Shown here piece by piece: positions 24,400 through 34,861 of a stretch of 64,000 nt of DNA. The DNA lies in NCBI GenBank assembly GCA_051294375.1, contig CM119269.1:22431808-22495807 (forward strand), given 5' to 3'. Within the stretch, counting starts at the first letter, position 1; every line of letters starts with the position of its first letter. The notes beneath the pieces are model-generated. The model was not told where the DNA came from, ran no database searches, and saw nothing but the letters and a program-made list of their open reading frames with translations. The stretch is from Paraspadella gotoi. Lineage: Eukaryota; Animalia; Chaetognatha. A program made the position numbers and the translations under genes.

Positions 24400-27300
24400 T
24401 CTCACTCTCACTCTCTCTCTCTCTCTCTCTCACTCTCTCTCTCTCCCTCCGATTTCATTTTCACTTTGATTGACCTCCCTTTCCCCTCCCCCCGTTTTCT
24501 TCCTGTGTCGTTTCATTTCGCTGTCCATCTCAACCCTGGCCTCCGCGAGAGAGTCGCGCCTTTTTCCTGGAATAAAAAAAAACTTTAAAAAATTTTCATT
24601 TTGTGTCAGGCTCCACCTTTTGAGGCGGACCAGCACGGTCAGGTGAATTTGATAGGGTTCGCGAGAAAAATATCAATCGTAGTAGGGTCGTTTGTAAACA
24701 AAACAAAAAAAAATAGAAATGATATAACAAATTCGAATGCAGTTGGATTGACGTGGTACTATTTTAACATTATATAAAAATTGATCTTTAAAAATTAATA
24801 AGTATACGTTGCGGTATTTTACATGTATACACTTTTTTTAATCTGCTTGTCCCCATTAACCGTTCTCGGTTTATTGTTAAAATATTTATAGATTTAGGCT
24901 CGAGATATTTATGTAATTAGTTTAATAGTTATTGATTGAAGAAATAGCGTTCACAAGTAGAAAATAAATAAATCGTTTGTTGTAGCATTTGAGAGATTAT
25001 TTCAAAAAAAGTATTTTTTTCAAAAGACTAAAGATTCCGACAGCAATAATGCACCGAGTGTAATGTGAATAAACCGTTTCGGATGATCGGGACAATCAGC
25101 AGAACTTTTAATTAAAAAATATATTTCTAAACTAATTCAAAGGACTTCGTAAACACAACGTTAGTATCGTTTGTATTTGGTGCATAATTTATCCCGGGGT
25201 CGGAAATACAATTATGCCCTCGATACAAGTTAACCGTTAAACCGTTACGTCTCTCAACGAAATTCGGAGATGTACACAGTAAGTACGTAAAAGGATTCAT
25301 AAATTTGGAGTGATGCTTTTCACTATTTCGTTTTTTTTTTTATTTATTTCATCGCAGTTGTATTTAAAAAAAACCAAAAAACTCTTCTTCCTCTGTTAAA
25401 TGTTTTCCCCACATAATTTCTCTTTCTCTCTCTCTCGACCCGAAATTTAGCCGCTTTGTAGTTGTTGCATCTTGACCCAAAGGGCATCCTTTATGCCCAA
25501 TAACCTTTTTTTTTTCTTCTCAAAAACAAATCCGGTCGAGGGCCAATTACCTTTTTCGGCTCTGACGTCTCGAAACAAAAAAGATGGTTTCCTCATGAAT
25601 CCATTAGCCCAAAGGACGATGCACGAAAACCCGTTGGATCCAATTTCTTTCTCTCATTTTCTTCTCTCCCCTTCCCCCCCACCCATTTCCTTTCTTTCTG
25701 CCTTCTCCATTGCAGCTTCAAGGATATGACTTCAAGGCGGACATTTGGAGTTTGGGCATCACGATGATTGAGTTGGCCACCGGCACCGCCCCTTACCACA
25801 AATTTCCCCCGATGAAAGTGAGTCTTTTAGACTAATAAACAATAAAGAAAAGAATCTTAAAGTTAAAACACAAGAATAGGCCAGATATATTGAAACAGAA
25901 CATAAACCAATGGGACTTTAAATAATTTATTACTACATGCAAATGAGATTGATGAACTGAATATCATTTAAACATTAAACCACCATAGCCTTTCCAAAAT
26001 CGGGGGCAAGTTAGCTTATTTATTTAATGAATGGATAATTATTATATTGCTTGTGCCAATTTGATGTTAAAACCAATCTGTAACGTGTAATGCAGTGTGC
26101 GAGGCAATCCTAGGCTTTTGCCAGACTTTTTTTCGTATGGCAGTGTGTGCGAGGCAATCCTAGGCTTTTCCCATACTTGTTTTCGATCTCAGGTTTTGAT
26201 GCTGACACTTCAAAACGATCCTCCATCCCTCGATACGTCGGCGGAGGAGAAGGATCAATACAAGAACTACGGGAAGGATTTCCGAAAGATGATCCAGGAT
26301 TGTCTCGTCAAGGACCCAGCGAAGAGGTGACCCTATTTAAGAATTAAACTTATTGAAGGAAAAACAAACAAAATCCATTTTCATCGTAATATAATAATAG
26401 TAAACCTTCATAGTAAAAAAAAATGTATCAATACTTTATCAAAAGACGACAATATTCAAATGATATTTAACTCAATCAAAATGATCCCCTTGGCCACAAA
26501 TTACTTTGTTGCAACCCGTTTGATGAAGGGGGCGGTCTTGGCTAAATTTGATCACAATCCTAAAAACTCTCCGCGATGTCTTTTTTAAATCTTTTTTAAA
26601 TCTTTTTTAAATCTTTTTAATCTTTTTTAAATCTTTTTTAAATTTTTTTAAATCTTTTTTAAATCTGAAAAACCTTCGTTGGAAGCAATATACCCTCCAA
26701 TACCTTGAATCGAACTTTTAAATCCTGCAGACATAAAATACTGTCATTGGGCAAGAGGCTTATTGAATATATAGATTATGGCAACAGCCGGGTTGCCTGT
26801 GATGCCCATTGGGATGGGGCATCTCACTGTTGGCTTTGGGGGCTTCCGACCCTCAGTGACGCCTCCAGTCACTGGCGCGGTTACCCTAGGACGGTCTCGC
26901 TTTGCCAACGTAGAGGGAAGTCGTTAGGACTGTGGATGGAAAACTACGCCTGGGATGGTGTGTTCCCCCTCTGAGCCAATGGATTTGGCTGAAGGATGGT
27001 GGACGTGAGGCGGTGTGAATATACCGCCACAAGATATCGTATTCCGCAGGCCGACGGCTCGAATCTTGCTCAAAAACGAATTCCTGAAGAAGAAGTGCAA
27101 AGACAAGGCGTTCCTGGTCAAGTCGCTCCTCTTCGATCATCCACCGCTCTCCAAGAGATGCGCCAAGCTCAAACGCGTTCCCGGGACATCGGGTCGGCTA
27201 CATCGCACCGAGGATGGCGGTTGGGAATGGTGAGGAATTTGTATTAGAAACGGCGAGGAATTTGTATTCGAAATGGAAAGGAATTTGTATTCGAAATGGC

Positions 27301-28886
27301 AAGGAATTTGTATTAGAAATGGCGAGGAATTTTTATTAGAAATGGCGAGGAATTTTTATTAGAAATGGCGAGGAATTTTTATTAGAAATGGCGAGGAATT
27401 TTTATTAAAAAGGGTGAGGAATTTTTATTAAAAAGGGCGAGGAATTTGTATTGGAAATGGCGAGAAATTTATGAAATTGGTACAACCAATATAAAAATTA
27501 TCCATTCATTTAATAAATAAGCTATCTTGCCCCTGACTTTGGACAGGCTTTGGTGGTTTAAGGCCTCCATCACTCTTACAAGATAATGACATAGCAGGTC
27601 CCTGCAAGCTTTCAATCAAGACTCTCTCACAGTCTCGTTTATTCACTCCCAGAGTACCTGGCTTCCCTATCAATGAAGTGGTATAATATTCAAAGAATGT
27701 TTCAATTGTATGAAAAGACCACTCCCTTATATTACAAATAAGGAATTTTAATAAATTAAAATATTTTAATATATTTTAAAATATTTTAATATATTTTAAA
27801 ATATTTTAATATATTTTTTAGATTAAAATATTAAAAATGACAGGGAATGTTTTAAAAATAGTAGTGAATTTATATTATAAATAATGAACAATGCGTTTTA
27901 GAAAGGGTTATGAAATTGTATTAGAAATAATAAGGACTGAGGAATTTGTATCAGTAGTAAAAATGGTGAATTAAAATAATCATGATAGCTAAATATTAAA
28001 GATTGAGTTATCATTTGAGCAAAAATTAAGAAAATAATTAAGAATTGTAAGGACAATCGTTAGAAATGGTGAGGTCAGTTAGATGAATGGAGGAGTGCCT
28101 TTACGAATAAGGAGGAAGGTGGCTGACAATATGCAAATGAGATTAATGAACTTATCTCCGCTTCAGGTCCGACGACGAGTTGGACGAGAATTCAGAAGAA
28201 GCGCATCAGGCGTCGTTCGATCGAAGTCCGCGAGTCCAAGATCAAGTGAAGAAAGGATTGGCGGAGATGGGGGCCGGGAATGGAGACGCTAAGGTGAGGG
28301 GGGGAAGGTGGAACCGGGGGGAAGGTGGAACCGGGGGAAAGGGAAATTGACGAGAGAGGTCGCGAGGAAGCGAAGGACGAAAACCGGCAACGAAATGCGA
28401 AACCTTGTCAAAGATAATTGTTTAAAAAATCGAGATTTTTCCTCCTCGATTTTTTTACTTTGGTTATACACGTGTTTAGAATTTTAGATCTTTAGCGGTG
28501 ATTTTCTTTTTTGACTCGAATCATTTTCGCATTTCACGTCGACTATTTCGTTGCCATAGTTTTTATTTTGTGTGTGTGTCGATCGCGCGGAAATTTTTTT
28601 AGGGAACAAAAGACAAACGTTTTTTTTTACTGGAGCGGGCGACGCGTGATTGTTGTTGTTGTTGTTGTATCTCGACGTTTTGAAACAAATAATTTTTCTC
28701 GAGGGGGAGAGAATTCCCGTAGATTTTTCCCCATCGTTCGTTCGTTCAAAAAAATAAAAGAAGTCAAACTGTAGACACTCCCCCCCCCCTTCGCTGTTTT
28801 TCTTCATTTATTCTAATTTTCTTCTCTCGTCATCTTTTTGCACCCATTTTTCTCCTAATTGACGGCTGTCCATTGTGCGGAAACAT

Positions 28887-28952
<66 letters not shown>

Positions 28953-29088
28953 TCATTTTCCTATTCGTGGTATTTTATTTTTACCTTTTAATGGCATCTG
29001 CATAAAATATTGCGTCGAACAATATTCCGCGCACTCGCACTCGAAAAAAAAATGTTCACCCAATTTCTCTTTTCTCGCGCACTCTCTG

Positions 29089-29169
<81 letters not shown>

Positions 29170-32100
29170 CATGACGAATCCCATAATAAAAAACAAACCT
29201 ACCCAACTCGCCGACTCAAAAAAAAAAAGTCACGTCCTGAGTTCCATCTCTACGCCGGCGCCGCTTCTTCCACCCACTCGTCATCATCGAGCCTCAGCTC
29301 CGGCGGACTTTTCTTCGCCGCCGGCGTCGGCAGCACGTTCGGCAGCAGCGAAGCCTGCGGCCTCAGTTTCGCCGCTCCTCCCGACGCCTCAACGCCCGCC
29401 GCCAAAGAGCCCGTTCCCGACGCGGAATCTCCGGCCCGCGAGCTCGATTCTCCTGCCCCTCCGACTCCGCCCGCCCAGGCGACCAACCTGGACGAGATGT
29501 GCAACCGGCTGCGCATCGCCGAATCCGCCGGCGCAGCGGCGCAGCGGCCGGCGTCGCGAGAGGACCTCAGCTTGTCCGTAGAGGCCAACGTGGGCGTCGA
29601 GCATTTTTCTAGTCAAAACTCTCACTCGGAAACGTTGTCGTACGAACCCCGAACGCTCGTAGCCCAGCCCGTGCCCGTCGGGGCGCAAGTTCGTAGTCTT
29701 TCTTGTCAACAGGTAAAAAAAAGGGGGAAAAAAGGTTTCTCTCTCTCTTCCGCACTGAGGATTTTAAAGGGAAACGTGATGGGGGTGGAGGGGGCGGCGG
29801 GTGGGCGTGGCCCTGGCGCGATTTGTTCTTTGCCGTCGTAGATTGTGATTTGTGTCATTAAAACCCCAGTTTATGCCGTTCTATTTTCTATCGCGTATTC
29901 TTTCTCTAGATGTAAACCATTTATAAAATGAAAAAATAAAAATAAATTCTGACTTGCCGAGAATAACCTTGTGTGCTCTTTTCTTTTCTCTCCTGTAATT
30001 CCTCATTTAACCTCCAAGCATCGCTGTTTCAATAATCCGTTCTTCGTGCCAATTATCAAGTATATTTACTTTGAGTTGGGTTAATAAGAATTTAAACTCT
30101 CTTCAGATATCTTGTTTGATCTTGTATAACGGATCGACGTGGATTAGGCTGAGCTGATGATTGCAGACTTTTTTTTTTGCCAGACAAACCCCAATTTATG
30201 AACCCTCTATAGAAAGGGGCATCGTTTTCTCAATCCTAGTCGATCTGTATATTAAATTGGTACAACCAATATAAAAATTATCCATTCATTTAATAAATAA
30301 GCTATCTTGCCCTGACTTTGGACAGGCTTTGGTGGTTTAAGGCCTCCATCACTCTTACACAATAATGACAGAGCTGGTCCCTGCAAGCTTTCAATCTAGA
30401 CTCTTTCAGTCTCGTTTATTCACTCCCAAAGTACCTGGCTTCCCTATCAATGAAGTGGTATAATGTTTCAAAGAATGTTTCAATTGTATGAAAAGACCAC
30501 TCCCATAAGTATTTGATCGGGGAATACTATATTGTACTCCGTCCAGCATCAAAATACAAGGAGCTGAATTTTATGAAATTGGTACAACCAATATAAAAAT
30601 TATCCATTCATTTAATAAGTAAGCTATCTTGCCCCTGACTTTGGATAGGCCTCCATCGCTCTTACAAGATAATGACATATTAGGTCCCCAAGCTTCCAAT
30701 CTATATTTTTTTATATAATTTATGAACCCTTTATAAAAAGGGGCATCTTTTTCTCAATCCTAGTCGATCTGTATATATAATTTTCAGCATTAAACCATAA
30801 GCATGATGGAATGATTAACTATCGTTCTTGACAAAAAGTTCGACTTAAATTACTTTTTTCCTGCTCTTTACAAGTTATTCTTTCACTCTTCGGACCATTT
30901 GTTCATCATGAAAAATTAATTAGTAAATTAATCGTTCACAATTAAGAATTTAAAATAAAATCAAAATTGGGTTGGCCTTAGGTCACGTGAGGATTTTTTT
31001 CCTTTGTATCAAAACTATTCTGTTTCTGTTTTCAACACTGACGTTCATTCCAAGTTATTTTGATTTGTAAATATTTTTGCAGAGTTAATCATTTATAAAC
31101 TAAGTCATTTTCTATTTGTCACTTTTTCCTTTTGTCTTTTAAAATTTTGATAAATACAAATTTACCTTTTCAGTAATTTTTTTTTGTATGGCAATCAAGA
31201 ATATTTTTCTTTGAAAACAATTAGTTGCTGTATGAATCATCAAAGCTGCTGAACAGAAATCTTTGAACGGTATTGAAAATTTAAACAAAATATTTAAAAA
31301 AAATATTAGGCCGTATTTGCATTTAATGCATAATTTTTAAAATCTGAATAGAGTATTATAGGTTTATTAGAATTATATTTTTTAGAAAATTGTTAGACTA
31401 ACTACTAATAGTAAAGTAATAGATATAAATTTCATAGTCGAATTTGTAGCTAAATTATTATTGCAGTCCATATATTTAGTAGTTGTTAATGTATTAGCAT
31501 CTCTAGGAATATATTTAGATAAATTTAACGTAGTTTGTCTTTTCTTTTTCTTCTTGGGGAGGCGGTCTGCTCAAAAGTTTGACCGCCCCTCTTGTGATAA
31601 AATATTTTATGATGTATACGCGACCTAATATGATTTGAAGTTGAATTTACTTCTTGTAACTTCCCCGAATTGTAATTCAAAATCAAACTGTTATACTAAT
31701 GACTATTTTTTTAAATTTTCAGGTGTTAAATGAAGTGTTTTTAGTCTGCAGAGCGAATTCAGTTTTTTGTGCGAGAATCCAAATAGATTCTCGATTTTAT
31801 TTTGCGATTCAATTTCACAATCACATGATCCGTTGTCGTCGTCGTCGTCGTTTTCGTCATGTTTAGAGAATCTTCCCTCCATCAGTCGATATTCCAACCT
31901 CGTTTTCATTTCCAATGTTCTTTTTTTTTTAGTTGTCCGCCAGTGCTCGTGAAGCATCTCTAAAAGCCACTAAGGTGTCGGTCGGTCGTTGTCTGTCTGT
32001 CCGTAGGGTTGTTTTACTTACTTTTTCAATACCCATCAGTCCGGTTATATTATTATTTTAGTTAATATTTAGTAAAAAGGTGATATAACATGAGATGCCT

Positions 32101-33504
32101 AATGTAAATACTATGTTTCATACTTATGTACTCGCATGATCACCAGAAAATTTGATCAAATTTTATTTTATGAAATTGTTTTATATAACTTATTTTATGT
32201 AACTTATTTATGTAACTTATTTTATGTAACTTAGGAATTTATTCTTTGGCAGAGAGGTCAGGCATAATTAAATGATTGTTGTGCCCAGTTTCATACTTTG
32301 TAATTATGTAACTATGTAAAAATGCAGTCAGGTGATTAAAAATTGATTGCGGCTTGATTCGTCAAATACTTAGGTTTTTTTGGTTTTTTTTTAGTTTAAA
32401 GATTTAAATGATATTTGTAAGATGCTATAATTTACATACATATGTTTTATACTTTAATGTAGTCATCTAAAAATGCGAACGCAACATCTGGAACCTGCAG
32501 CTTCTTGCCTTTTCCTTTATACATCCTTTAAATCCCTTATCATTTCGTTATGCCGATTAAAAACTATATTCTCTCGCGGCCGCAGGTTCCGACGCTAAGC
32601 AACGGCGCCGCCTCAGTTTCGGCGGCTCAGGATTCAGCAGCGCAGGTTCCGGCGTCGCCGACTTCCAACCCGCCCCCCGTCTTTCTCGTCCTCAGATATA
32701 GGTGGGTCATTTGAGGGTGTGGGGTGAGATAAATGGCAGGTGGAAATACAAGTACTAAAAAGTTATTTCTTTTCTTTCCTTCTCTTCTCATTCTCTTCCT
32801 CTCCTCACTTTTCCTCTTCTCTTTCCTTTCTTTTTTCTTCTCTTTCTTTTCCTCTCTTATCTTTTCTTTTCTCCTCAGGATGAGAAACGAGAAGCGAGAA
32901 TTGAACGACATTAAATTCGAGTTTTTGCCGAAGCGCGATTCCGCTGATGGAATCGCGTCGGAACTCGTTGGCGCCGGACTCGTTCACCCCAAGGATCAGG
33001 CGGCGGGTAAAGATGGAGGGGGGCGTGAGCGGGTGGAGGTTCATCAACCCCATCCAATTATGACTACAGACCTGACACTCTTACTCCTTAATCTATGAAC
33101 GGCCTTTTAAAATATTTTTAAACAGTTATGAATGATTTTCCAGAGTTGTTAAATTAGACAAAGATTGAAAAAGGTCACAGATTCGAATTAGTGACATTTT
33201 CTTCTGACCGATTTATTTTTTTCCTTCTCGATTCCCTCAGTTTCTCAAAACATGGACGTTTTGCTGGAGAATCCTTTTTGCAATCGAGTCGTGACTTTCC
33301 CTCTTCCGTCCGGCTGCCTGGAGAACGAAGTCGTGAGGTGAAAAGAAGAAAAGTGTTAATCTCGTGAAACGTGAATCACAACAACCGGAGAGACGATTAT
33401 TCACGCGCCCCCCCTTTTTTTTTGTCAGCGACGCTCACTTGGTCGGATACGCCCAGCTCACCGTCACGGTTCCGACGCCTCAAGGCAACGAAGACGCCAC
33501 TTAA
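22476..33504 (+). CDS. OXSR1: STE20-family kinase OSR1/SPAK (Frayed-like), multi-exon
   Basis: [114 protein letters not shown] domain [19 protein letters not shown] and LVGYAQLTV near the stop (33502-33504). Confidence 0.95.
26576..26665. repeat. 11-bp tandem repeat (ttttttaaatc)n
   Basis: About eight consecutive units in an OSR1 intron. Confidence 0.85.
26778..27032 (+). repeat. Interspersed repeat family B (structured, ~255 bp)
   Basis: atggcaacagccgggttgcctgtgatgccc...gtgtgaatataccgccac recurs at 36951-37203, 40324-40487 and 40561-40680, all intronic. Confidence 0.9.
27226..27470 (+). repeat. ~23-bp minisatellite derived from an exon/5' splice junction
   Basis: About ten units of aatgg(t/c)gaggaattt(g/t)tattaga, starting at the true junction gaatg|gtgagg. 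Confidence 0.85.
27472..27730 (-). repeat. Family A copy
   Basis: Reverse complement of 246-470 plus additional 5' sequence. Confidence 0.9.
30253..30700 (-). repeat. Two tandem family A copies flanked by ~60-bp direct repeats
   Basis: Copies at ~30253-30565 and ~30568-30700. Direct repeats at 30193-30252 and 30717-30776. Confidence 0.85.
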
Positions 33505-33624
33505 AAATCATCGCCAGTTCCAACTCTAGTTTTCTCTTCCCTTCTTCCTCTCTTGTAATGATTTATAGCCGAACCCTTAACCTTCTTTCTCGACTTATGA
33601 CGAGCGTTAATTCGTGTTGTTGCT

Positions 33625-33765
33625 TGTTGATTGACGTTAGTGCGTGTTGATTGACGTTAGTGCGTGTTGATTGGCGTCAGAGCGTGTTGATTGGCGTCAG
33701 AGCGTGTTGATTGGGGTCGATGCGTGTTGATTGGCGTCAATGTGTGTTGATTGGCGTCAATGCGA
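33625..33765 (+). repeat. 20-bp minisatellite (gtgttgattggcgtcagagc-like) downstream of the OSR1 stop
   Basis: About seven units, seen directly. Confidence 0.88.
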
Positions 33766-34642
33766 TTGTTTTCTTTCCTTATATCGATTCGTGGGATGCT
33801 TCTTCTTCTCTTTTGTTTCTTCAAAATATAACGAAAAACTAAAATCCTAAATTTAGAGAAATTTCCAGTTGTTATGATCTCTTGGGTTGGTTGATTGTAT
33901 TTATATACATAAATTTAAAACGGATGAATTGAATTCTTAACCATAGCTTCTCGTGGCTCGATCAGCCCCGGGAATCAGAACGATTTACTAATTTATATTG
34001 AAACATTTATGATTAACTAAAAGTCTTAGTTGATTCAAACGATAACATTTTTTACATTATCAGTCCTGTTGGCCTTCATTACAGGAGATCGAGTTGACTA
34101 AAATTGCGAAATCTGATTTTTTGTTCCTGTACCCTATATAAAAATGTAATTTTCGTTTGAACGCAACTCGATTAATTAAGTTTAATATCCGGTGCGCGTC
34201 ATAAAATTCGTCGTCGTTGCTAAATTGCATTTATATCGAAGGCGATTTTAGGATTCCAAATTCTCCCCCCCACCATTTTAGTTTGAATCTGGTTGTAAAG
34301 TTTCGCCGGTCACCTCCCGATTTTCCGCGATTGTGATGCTTTATATATGCGGTAGTTTTCACACCTTCATTCTCCAAGAAAAAACCCTTTCCCCCCCCAC
34401 CATTCGTTAACCTAAATTGTGCTAGTGAGTTGTCTTGATTTGAAGCCACAAGTCATTTTGATTTTTGGGTTTATGCTCGAAAAAAAACTATGCTATGTAT
34501 TGTTTTTTTTTCATAAGGTATTATTTGATTTCGTATCAATAAAATCTTTTGGTGTGATATTATGGCAAGACGGTTTTTTGAAATTATTGAAGAATCTGAG
34601 GGAGATCGTGAAAAAAGAATAAGGAGATAATAATAATAGAAG

Positions 34643-34694
<52 letters not shown>

Positions 34695-34861
34695 TTTCAA
34701 CGTCCAAGAAGTCAATATCTCCGCTGACGTTCGACCCGCGGTCCTTGCCCTGGATCAGAGGTTCCAGGGTCTCTTTTACTTTTAAAGGATTAAAACTGAA
34801 TCGTTAAATTACTTAGTGTTCGAATTGTTAAACAATCGTCCAGAAATGAAAGAAAATAAAA

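Noticed and set aside
23867-24636. ORFs with ERERER/LSLSLS runs (also ~28873-29206, 34471-34707, 40467-40721)
   Set aside because: Translations of (CT)n/(GA)n microsatellites in introns or spacers.
27226-27470. CRISPR-like array (also 33625-33765 and 48064-48615)
   Set aside because: Head-to-tail units without unique spacers, eukaryotic context, no cas genes.
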